A stretch of DNA of 64,000 nt. It comes from Corallochytrium limacisporum Hawaii. Its lineage: Eukaryota > Protista > Pluriformea. The DNA is taken from the NCBI GenBank assembly GCA_002811645.1, contig PDIP01000126.1, positions 62,833 to 126,832 of the forward strand. The letters are read 5' to 3'. Below are positions 13,401-25,200 of the stretch, piece by piece; position 1 is the first letter of the stretch; every line of letters begins with the position of its first letter. The notes under the pieces were generated by a model, which saw only the letters and a program-made list of their open reading frames with translations, had not been told where the DNA came from and ran no database searches. Both the position numbers and the translations under genes were made by a program.

Positions 13401-16400
13401 GAGCGCGCGGTTTCTGCTCACCGGCGGCAACCAAACCGTTACGTTTTTCCGAACGTTGGGGCGTTCACATACAACAGCGCACTGCTGTGATACCGCGAGC
13501 TTCGAACCTTGGTATAGAAACAGAAGTGAAATGGCACAGTATTTGATTTGCGTAGATCAGATTTGTAGTCCGTGTTTGCCTAGCGAAGCCATTGCTGTCT
13601 CTCCGCTCCCAGTTTATGGAAACAACCTAAGCGACCGAGGGGAGCGTGCACAAAGGTATGTGTTCTTAGACATTTCCCGCCTACGCCTCTTCTTCTTTGT
13701 TTCAGACGGAGCACCACGCACACGGAATGAAAACGAAGGAATGAATAGAAGTTGACGGGTTTGTTGAGAGATGGTTGTGGAATGGGACTTTCTCCCTGTA
13801 TATAAGAGAGTTAAGGGGACCGCGGACTGCTTCTTGTTCATGTCACTTGGGTGTAGGTGTTGTCGTGGACGGTAAGTTCGACGCGTGTGTTTACGCTTGC
13901 TTCAAAAAATAAGTGATGGGTGAGCAGGGTTCTCTCAAGCACACACACACGTTGTTACTCTTACTGGCAATGGTTGGATACACGGCGGCAACGAAACGGA
14001 GCATCACCTAATGTACCAGATCCTATTGTCCATAGCTGCCATAAGCAACATTCCGCTTCGGTCCGTATCTTGTGTTCATAGTTCCGCTTGCTTGAAAGGG
14101 CAACAAGAGAAGGAACAGTAGTGAAAAAAATTTCCCTGAACCTCTGCTTGCCGGAGGTGGGAGCTCCGACGAGTAACTTACACCTATTGTACCGTGAAGA
14201 TCTTGACGTGTGTCTCAAACCTTCCCCACAACCCAGCAAATGACTTTTACCAAGTGTTCCCTTCGCCATGTCAATGCTGCTCCTGCTATTTTTCAACCTG
14301 GGTCACTGTTGATATCCCGTCTAGTATAGAAAGGACCAAAACCCTCAAAAAGCGTAAGATGGCTGCTCCTTTGACGTAGGGTGTGGGTTCGGGTCAAGTC
14401 CACGGTTCCGCCTCTCGCCGAATGGGTTTTTACCCGGAGGAGAAGAGAGGGGTCCGAGGAGCCCACAGTTGCGTGTGTGAGTAGTCTTTTACGCACTTCT
14501 CTCGCTATATCCGCCCATCTGTAGGACTAGGATTCTTCAAATCTTATCGTCAAGAGACCGCAGAAGATAAAAAGAAAGAAGACCTGAGCATGTATGGACA
14601 GTTGAAGAATCAGAACGGTACCACACGGACTGTGTGGACTGGGGCGACGGATTGGTTCTCTCCGTGGTATTCGGAGACAGATATTCGAAGCTCTGTATAC
14701 TTGATGTATGCCACCGGTCCATGCACGCATTGTTTGGTTCTCTAGTTGATGCGGCTTGAGCACGCACTGGGTGGTGATCACAGAAACTCCTTGCTTTGGA
14801 ACTATACACCAAGGTGTTCACGGACCGGACCTCCTTTGTTTGGCTCGGTTACACGATGATGTCAATCGCCGGTGCAGCGTCCGCGGACTCCCATCGTCAG
14901 AGAATGTCAGGGCGACATGGTCAAAGCATCATAATGCGTGGGTATTGAACTGTCAAGCAATAAGCCATTGTCCAACAACACACAGTTCCGCTTCAAAATT
15001 CTGCAAACACAATTGATTCAGATCTGAACCACAAGGCCATGAGTTTCGATATTTTCTTGATGCTCTTGCATTTCTATTTCAACCATCCTTGCCGTTCGCT
15101 CTGCTTGAACAATCGATGGGCATGGCAAGAGCTCTTCATAACAATATCAGACTTCTCAATGTATAGTGAACACACAGCCTCCCAAGGAAGGAAAACGAAC
15201 CCATCTTCATCAGCAGATAACATCGTTAACACACCTACGTATACACAAACAGCAACACATTTCATTCGAGGAACATATTTTGGAGAAGAAAAAACTTCAC
15301 CAATGCACGCATGCGCACCTGCAGACATCTCACCAGATACCATCCCAAAACCATCAGCCCATTAATCAGCTGTTGAAATTGATGGAGACATTGATATATC
15401 CGGAGGCATCCTTAGCCCCTTACACATCCACAAGCATCCAGATTGCAAGCGTCTTCTGCCAGTTCCTGCATGTCTCTTTATTCTAATCTGGGGAGTTCCA
15501 CTTCTGACAGCTATAGGCTGCAGCTGTCCCCGCGAGAACTCCACCACTACGCTTGCAGGTACCTAAGCACCCTTTCATTTGTGAGTTGTGTTGGCGGCTA
15601 TCCGCCATTCCCGTTTTTGGTGCCCCGCGTAGAACTGCGTAAATTTGGCCACAAAGATCCCAGTGTTGGTATCTCTTCTGGGGCGCGCTGCTATGCTGAG
15701 CTTCGCAACGGACCCCCAGGGTTCTGGCTGCTGGGGTTTGAAGGAACATTTGGGCGGAGTGTTCAGGTGGGACTTGTCGGAGAAGTGGAGTAGCGCCGTT
15801 CGGCAACCCGGAGACAGGTGAAAGGGTTTATTCCTTGTAGGAGCCACGAAGAGGAGAAAAGTTGAAGACCTGACACAGTCTGAGCATCCTCTCACTCAGT
15901 AGTCAGCACCTGGGTGAAACCTAGACCAGAGCGGTGATTTTTTTTTTTGTGCAGACAGGTTGGTATTAGTCATTGTGCAAGGGGAGTCAGCAACGCGGCC
16001 ATACACAAGAGTTACAAAACCTACGCTTATGTACGTCAATCCACCTCAGTTCCTGGTTATGCACTCCGAGTTCTCATTGCCCTCAAAGTCCGATGGAACC
16101 CTGTCTGAAAGTGTGGGTACAGAATGGAGACGGACACTTCCAATGGGTGGCACAGGTCTCCCTCGAGTCGTATCTGCATTCCCCCAGTGTGTAGAATAAT
16201 TCCATCTTCGCCTTACTTTTCACGATCGTTCAAGCGTATTGATTCCCTTCTGTTCCATACATTATATAGTACTATGTAGGATAACAAATACTTCCATAAA
16301 CCAAGTGCAAGCCAAGCCTGCATCTACAGCTCCTTTCCAAAGGCCCCCCTCCCTTCGCGAGCCTCCAACCGGAATCTACTAGCATTCTAGCCATCTAAGG

Positions 16401-19400
16401 TGCTGGGTGCCATTGTCAATTCGAGGATCCTCGTACGTGTCACGCCGACCCTGCTACATCCAGAAACGAAGGAATAGCAATGGAATGTAAGGGGGCGGTA
16501 GGATTGTGGGTGTGGGCCAAAGTACCAGTTTCTTGGTTCGTGGAACACTGCGTTGCATAAACACGCAACAATAACATTACGCAGAGGTTTCCCTCAACAG
16601 TGTACCGTACGAGATGCTGAAGACGAATGACGCTTCGACGGCGCACCAAACCAAAGGCTTCAGGATCTGACTGATTCAATGATCCACCTTGTTTTAACCG
16701 GGTATCCAGAAAGGACAGCGGCCCAGAAACAGCGAAAAGTTGGCGACAAAAGCCCAGGTAGGACGTGGAAGGAAATCTATGGAGGAAAAAGGGGCTGGGT
16801 TTTAGAATTGCATATGTAACTCTTCTTCGTGTGTGTGTCCCAACAAATGTAGATAGTGAGCGCTAACTGATAACGGTCAGCGTCCACACAATATCTGGGC
16901 CATCATTCCGGCTAAACACCTTCCTCTTCGGTTCCACCGTGACGCTCTGTGTGTGTGTGCGAGAGCGTTGTGTTGTGTGTTGTGTGTGTGCGTGTGTGGA
17001 TGTCACCCAGACGTGTGTTGGCTCGTTGTTGTTTCTGTCTGCGATAGTCTTAGTGCTACTTGTTTGGCTTTCCGGCTACTTTTTGCTAGGGACCCCGTAC
17101 AAACTAAACCCTCCCGCCGCCCGCTTGTTTTTCTTCCAGTCAGCACTTGTTTCACTTCTGAATAGCTGTAAATCTGCAGATGCGAGCACTCCCAAGCAGC
17201 TCTGTGCCCTCTCTCGACCGGCAAATGTGGTATTGGTCAGTACATTTCCCCTGTACTTTTTTGGACAATGTTCTTTAAACAAGTCTTTCAGAGAACGACC
17301 AAAAGAAAACACACCAAAATATCTTGACGCAAGCGATAAAACCCACAGTCATCCCACCTTTTGGTCTTGAGGCCCAAGTGGGTGACAGTCCGCTTTGCAC
17401 ACCTACATGTGCCATTTTGGACATACATACCTCAATTTGAAAGATGCCTACGTTCGTCTTCGTCTTCTTTGGCACATTTCGCGATTCGCAATGCACAAGC
17501 ATGCAGTGACATCTGATACTCATCCCTTGCTGCTAAGTGATGGGAATTGGAGAGAGCGCACAGCTGAGAAGAGAATACGCAGTTTGGGGCCGTGCCAAAC
17601 ACATGGATCTAAAGAAAACATCGAGAAGACGTGAAGAAGGAGAAAGCCCGGGACAAAAAATTGCAACGGGCACAAACCTGCGAACGCACTTCCTCCGGTC
17701 CAGCTGTGCAGCAAGAGCAGTTCCTTTTTGATCGGTTCCTTGGTATGGCCAACGATGGGGAATCGCATACAAAATATCGCTTACCCATTTACGCAACAGT
17801 TTGCGAGCGGTTGCCAATTAGACGTAATGAACTGGCTGCAAAGAGAAAGGGCACCCCAAAGAAAATACAGCTCGAGACCATGCTTAGGTTTTCGTAATTT
17901 TCGGTAGTTTTCATCCACGGTGATCCTTCGATCTGGGAATTGCATTGCTCCAGGCAATGCGTGGAGACAAAAATGCCGAGTGGTTCAATTTTCTGTCTCG
18001 AGCATACGTTCCTACATACCACGCATACCATTGTATCTTCGTGCACCACTGTACATTCAGTATCACGGTTGTCCATGAGTTCCCAAACGGAGATGACATC
18101 GACCACTAAACAGCAGACTGACAGTCCACAGCGGTGCAGCGGGTAGCGCCGTACTGTATACTAATTGCCCCACTTCACCAAACCTTTCACGAGGGGCCTT
18201 ACCATCCCGATGGGCCACGCAACATCACGGCTGGACGTCGGTGCTAGTTGCGTTTCTGAGGGTATGGATGTTGGATAGGTGTGTGTGTCCTCCGATGATG
18301 CCCACTACCCACTTGTCCATCAGACGGGTTTCGAATATGAGATCTGCAGTTGGCGTTCTGGTCTGAGTTGTGCACGAAAGTAATACGGGGTGGGGTGTGG
18401 TGAGGAGCAGAGACACAGGGGAGAGCCGGCATGAAGAACTCTCGGGTGGAGGGGGCGAGAGCTTTGACTGGCATCTCCTTGTTTTTGTTTCACATCACAG
18501 AAAACCAGCTAGAAAAGAATTTAGAGCCCTTTCTGTCTTGTATTGACTTTGTTGTTGTTACTACTTGGACCCATATGACCCACTCAATTCAGACATCTAG
18601 CCGTACCGGTCCGCATACATGTACAGTCTAACCAAAACACCATGTGTCAAATCTACTACCTGATGATAGTTTTCCTTCACCTACACCCAGGCAGATCGAG
18701 CAGTGTCTGTGCACATCTTGTCAGACTTACAGGTGTTGCAGATCGACCAGATGGTGTTTGTGTTGAAGAAAAGTTAATTTCTTCTTCATTCTTTCACTAT
18801 TGCTACCATACACTGCACTTCTGCATTACGCCCATTACGCACAACTGTCATTCCGCCCATGTTTTTCCGATTGCTTAGCTATGGAGCGCATACGTCGGCC
18901 CGCCGGCAGTTCAGAATGCTGCGGCGATCCTTATATTGCGTGAACCACTTTCCAACTGTGGCAGGCGCTTAGGTTGCAGAAAACGTGCCCATCTGGGGCC
19001 CTTTGTAAATTCCTAACCGGCCTGCTTGCGTTGTTGGTCGTGATGGCACGAACCGGTTGCATAGTTGTCAGCTACGTACCAGCGACGGTGGAGGATCGCA
19101 AGGAGATGGTTCGGCACCCCCCCTTAAAAAAGGAAAGGGAGGACGGGAGAGGGGGCGAAAGAATTGCGTGAAGGGGAGAGGGAGGAGGCACGGAGAGAGA
19201 GGGTTTTTGTGGCTGCAGGGAGGACATCTGAGGGCGGTTGAATTAAAAAAAAACCAGGAACTTCTTTCTTGTGGTTTTGAGAGACACAGAACACATACAG
19301 AACTAAAGAGAAAGAAAAAGTACACGGAAGGAATTGGTGTTGCAAGGCGAAGATACGGGAAAAACAGCGTTGTTCCCCATTTTCTATTGGGTGTCTAGTT

Positions 19401-22289
19401 GACATTGCAGTACATTTAGTATTGAAATGGGCAGAGGAAACCCGTGTGTTCGACCCCGTGCCCCCGTGCGCTCGGTGAATTTGCTATATGGGCACTGGCC
19501 GCCACGAGTGACGGAGCGCGAGTAGTGAGATATGACGGCATTCGCCATTGCACTTGAGCGAAGCGAGGAGTAGCAGTTTCATTACGGCTCTCTCCCCTTC
19601 TTTACTTTCCTTTTTCTACAACCAGCACATTTTTCCTTTCCTTTTTTTGTGCCTCGGTCTTGCTCTATGAGGGATCCGGGTGGTGTCCATTGCGCGTCCG
19701 TCGTTTTGCACCCCCCTTGTTGTGTGTGCACGGAGTGGCCCCTCCTTTTTTTCCCGTTTCACCTGGTCGATCGTTGCTAGACAAAACGGCGGGTACACGG
19801 CCCGCGAGCCGAGGGGTGAGGAAGCCTGGTTAAACAGCGCGAAGTGGGGACGGGGAGGGTTGGGAGTAGAGGGGATCAAGAGTGGGGCCAGCCCCGAAAG
19901 CGCGGGGGGACGCGAGAGAGCGCGGTGCACAATGGCCTGACTGACGGCGTTGCGGACGGGCAGAGGGAGACAGAGAGAGATATAGCGAGACACACACACA
20001 CACACAGCGCCAGATTGTGAGTGTGTGAACGTGCGTGACGATAGCGAGACTGAGAGAAAAGGGAAGACCAAAGGGGGCAAAGAACAGTATGCGCACGCAT
20101 CGTCCCAGTTTTGCGTCTGTTTGACCTGCCTTTGCCCACATTCATTACTCTCTCATTAACTCTTGCTCTGTAGTGCGGCACTGAGGATCACCCCTGTTTG
20201 CGAGTCGTGTTCTCTCCACAATGCTTTGGCGAGGGTAAGGCACACCCCAACCAAGAAATTTCCTTTGCAGGGAATATCTGCCGGACCAAACAGGGCATAG
20301 ATATATGTACATAACCGTTTAGAAGTTCTCTGAAGAAAATGATGAGACGTCTATATTCCGGGCACTTAGACATAACTTTGTAGCCAAATATTCGCTTTTC
20401 ACCAGGTTTTTATGGATTCTAAGGAACATTCCGCACTTTCAGAAGGGAGAAGAATGGGTAACACGATTTCAATGCCATTCCGAAACGGACAAAATGTCTG
20501 GAGCCCTTCCTTATCCGAAAGATGCAACCTGGAGAAGTCAAATTCTCGCTCACGTTTGGGTCGTCACCCCCTTTTCTATTGTGAACAAGTCAGAGCAGGG
20601 TAGCCCTTTGTCGAACTCGACGCGGCGCAAGTCGGGAAGAAGGATGGAGAATCACACATATAAAATGCAAAATGGTTTGCGCCGTCGACCCGACACCGGG
20701 TTCACAGGAGCACGGCCAAGTCCGGTTTCCATAGTATAGGTATAGTCTCGTCCCCTTGGTCCCCAGGACGCAGGCTCTCCGAGCGCCTTGTACAAGCCAG
20801 ACAGACCCAAATGCTTAAATGCCTGCGCCGGCCTTCGTTTGTTCAGGGTTGGAAGGGGAGGGGGGTCGCTGGCTATTGCCTGCTTGAATAGCATGCCCCG
20901 TACGAATATGAAAGCACTACGAGATTTGCCTTTGCAGGAGGAAGGTAACAAGAAAACCTAGCGTTGAAAATAGGGTGCCAAGCTTGAATGTCGTCCCCAG
21001 CCCCTTCTCGGGCTTGCCCAGTCTGTCTGTCTTGTCTGTCGGTCTGTCTCACTCCCCGCCTCGTCCCCCCTTCATTTGTGGCTCTTTGTCTCTCACATTT
21101 CCTTTGGCCCCCCCTCATCCGTCCGCTCCCGGAGCCGCGTATCGGGGCCGAGTGGGCGTTGCGGAGGGTGGGGTTCTCCAACCTTGCGGCCTAGCCCTCA
21201 GTCCTTTCCTGTGGGGCTGTGAACACGACCTGCCCCACTTTCCCATCGCAAATCGGGACACCATCTCTGTTGTATGCAGTTGTTTCCTGAGGGAGGGCAT
21301 GGTATGGTTGTAGGTGTGCAGACCATCCTCTTATGATGTGAGACGTTTCCTGTGTAGTGCGTTTCCCATTTCAGGCTTATCCCAGGTACCCCATCAATCG
21401 TTACCGGTTCCCCCTGAAGCGAGATTTCGGCTTGGTTGCGATTGTCCTTGGACTCATCAAATATGCGAGGCATACAACACCGGTGCGACAAGGCAACATG
21501 CGCAATCATTGGAAATGAACCGCAATCGCCTACATGCGCAGGGGATCAGTAGGCACACTATAGCACATGTACAGACAATGTGTTGCTGTTTGTTTTGGGT
21601 CGCAATTTTAATGTCCCACTCGATCGATTGATTGTGATGATCACTGTGCGTGAACGGAGTGCCCAGCTATCTGCCTTTCGTTTATCTACCAGTAGGAGCG
21701 GCACAAGGCACATTCAAAGCGGCATGCCTGCGAGGGCGGGGGGAGAGATATTGACAAATGCACGGAATGGTGCCGTGCCCCTCCAGAATTTCAATTTTGA
21801 TATGGGACGCCAGAGTCAATTTCGGACGGGGCGACGGAGAAGTGCGTCTCCCTTGGGGGGAGAGGAGAGGAGTGAAAATTGAGACCCCGCTCCATGAAAC
21901 TTATGATTATAGATTCAATTAGATTATGAATATATTTAATCGATTCACAAGTTGTAACCTCCCGGGATGACCTCCGCGTCTTGGGGAGATCAGAGAGATG
22001 GGAGAGGGGAAGGACTAGGACACACCCCCCCCCCCCGGGGGGGGGGGGGACCCTCATTCAAAANNNNNNNNNNNNNNNNNNNNNNNNNNNNNNNNNNNNN
22101 NNNNNNNNNNNNNNNNNNGGAGAGGGGAAGGACTAGGACCCCCCCCCCCCCCCCGGGGGGGGGAGAGACTCTCATTCAAAAGGGGCTCAAGAGAGAGAAA
22201 GGAAATTCGCTTTTTGCCGAAATGCGTCCTGTGAAAGTGGGGGAGGGGGAGGAGCGGGGCGAAGGCCTCGGACACCGTGCCGTGTCGAT

Positions 22290-25200
22290 TCATAAGGAGG
22301 CCAGTGCCTCCATCACCGTCTGCCTTCTGCGCCGACTGTGCTGCACGTCGGAGGCATTTCGCTCCCGTTCGTAAAGGATCCAACAGTCCATATTCAAACA
22401 GGGCACAGGATCAACATCGAGACCGCTGCAATTTCGACAAACGGCCTCGAGTTGGTGCTGCTCCTCTTCGGCACCACGTTCGGCCTCGATAAGGCGAAGA
22501 GCAGAGCCCTGCACGTCGCGAAGGCACTCCTTGCAGAGCAGTTGCGACGCGACGTCCAAAGCTAGTCCACTCACATTCGATCCTCTTGATGAGGTAGAGC
22601 CCATATTGCGTTGATTACGCGCCACGATCAGGCCGTTGCAATCAGGCATGGCACAGAGAGAAGACCGATAGTAGTGTTCCAAGCGCTTATGCCGCCGGCG
22701 TGCGAGGTTCTGAGCTGCGTGAGCAAGACCTGGATGGTTGTCCACAGCTGCGGCTCCGGCACCAAAGTTTGGACCTTTATCCATCGGGGTTGCCACAGAT
22801 TCTCCGTCGTTATTTCGGTGGAGGGCTGCGAGGGTTTGGTTGTCCTCTTCTCCGAGGCTGCCACCGCCAGCGCCTCCGAACTGTAGCGCCGAATTGGCCA
22901 CGTTCCGCCGTCGGGGCAGTTCACGAAACCATTCCTTCACGTCCACACCGGCAAGCGCAAGATGCCGGTCCAGTGCGGGTAGCACTTGTTTCGTAATGTA
23001 GTATGTGGCATGGAGATTGTATCTGGTACCCATCACCATGATTTTGGTGCCAGCACTCTTGTTCTGGCCACTGGTCCGCTCTTCGCGGGGTCCAGCTTCA
23101 CTCTGATGTTCACCACCTTCATCCGCCATGATCATTTCGCGCACTCTGCGCTTCACCAACGACAAAAGATCCTCTGGCCGCTTCACACAGTCAATCAGAC
23201 GCGCTCCTGGTGGACCATAGACAACAACATACCGAATCCGCTCGCCGTGGCGTGGTGTCCGTCTGTGGTCCCGGGCGCTAGACTCAGCGGCAACAAGACA
23301 GACTGGCTGGTGCAATGGGTCTTTGTACGTTCCCGGACGAATTTCCTTGGCAAAGACAAAGTCTCGGAGATTCACTCGCCCTTCCAAAATGCGCAACATT
23401 TGTTTCTGTACGTAGCTCTTGACCGCGCTGAGGTCCGCAGTGGAGAACAGAAGTCGCAGACTCTTGCCGAGAATCTTTGCCGTGGCGGGGCAAGTGTCTC
23501 GGCGGATGGTTTCGATGCCCTTGGCGTCGAAAGTTGGCTCCCTTTGGCCAGGGTTCTCGTACGCGTTACCTACGTAGCGCTTCTTGGACATGAGAATGCA
23601 TGGATGGTAGACTTTCTCAAACTTCAATGTGACAGGTGGAGGGTTAGACTTGGTCACAGCCTCCTGAATCTCCTCTCCAATCTGAAATGCTTGTTCACGA
23701 GTTTTTCCGTCCAGAAGGATAAACAGCGAGTCCGTATCACCGTACACTACCCGCGCGCCCCATTTGGTGTTCCGTTCCACCAGACCGATCGCGCGCTCTA
23801 GCGTCTGGCGCCCGAGCATGACAATAGAATCGGCAATGTCCACGCTGGGCATGCGTCCACTGTAGTTTGCCGAAGTGTAGCCGTACGTCACATTCGATAT
23901 CATCTTCAGACCAAGCTGGCGGGCGTTCAGCATACGGTGTAGACCACGCGCAAGGATGTCATCGCCGGACTGGCCATACGTTGAGATGGCCTTGAGGTCG
24001 ATTCGTTTCATACTCGCCTTTACCATGATGCGCGTACGCAACAGCTCGTCGAGCATGCGTGGTAGAACTCCTATCCTGACACTCTGTTTCACAAACACAA
24101 TGCCGTTGGGAGTAACGGTCAGGTTGCGGTCTGCTTCGTCATCACGGTCGTAGTCCCGACCAGGACTTGGATGCCGAGACCGCGATAATGATGGTGGCAG
24201 AGCAAGTCCATCTGCATCATGACTAGGAGTAGACTGCTCATGGAGGGCCGCAATAGTCCCGATCGGCACACTGAGGGTGCCCGCGCCCATTTTCTTGGAT
24301 TCCGCTTCTGCTCCGTACCGATTCAATTCAGAGAGCTTGGCAGCAGCAGCTTTACCAGCGCCAGACCTTGTTTCAGGCCCAGGCACCGCGCGGTGCATTT
24401 GCACGATGGAGTCTGTGGTGCGCCCATGCAGGCGCCCTAGACATGTACTGTAGCAGAGATTGTACGCAATCATGACTGAAGGGTAGAGACTCTGGAAGTC
24501 CATTACCAATACTGGACTGGCGTAAAAGCGGGACTCCGGCTCCATTACCAGCGGGATAACCTCTGGTGCGTCCATGTTGCTAACCTGGACCTTGCTTGGA
24601 CTCATGGGAATGTAGTTCATGGGCTTGGCCAGGCGTAACATCATGCTCTCCACCCTAAATTGAGATCCACGGCTCAATACACTGAAGAAGTCAATGCCAA
24701 ACATGCGGGCAAGTTCCGACGTGCGTCCAACAATGTTGAGCTCCTCAAGCAGCTCCATATTACCACGATTGCGGAGAACGAAGTGCTCCACAACGCGATG
24801 CCGAGTTCGACGATTATCCCACCATCCACGAAGCTGAGCTGAGCTGTAGACAGGAGTACGTCGCTGCAGGACGTGGTGCACGACGTGTTCGAACGAATAT
24901 ATAGTCAGTGTGACCTCGGAGCGCATTAAACGCCATAGATTCAGTGTAATCCGCCCCGCGAGGTGGATACTGGATTGCTTGCGGAACCCCCATTCGTCCT
25001 TGGATGGCTCAAGACTGGAGCTCTGAAGATCCTGTGGCACCCTACTTAGCGCCTGGATCAGGTCCAGGCCGAGCACAGAGCTGCGCTCGAGGATGTAACC
25101 CCAGGACCAGTGCTGGACGTCGTATCCGGTGATAATATCCGGGTCCTGGACACGGATCAAAGACACCAGGCCACGCAGCATGTCCGTCTCGGATGAGTAG

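Noticed and set aside
19430-19470. GTTCGA T-loop-like motif (similar ones at about 44878 and 45761 on the - strand)
   Set aside because: No T-stem or cloverleaf can be formed; not tRNA.
22001-22180. Apparent direct repeat of about 60 bp on both sides of the gap at 22064-22118
   Set aside because: Most likely one locus assembled twice around a hard C/G homopolymer.
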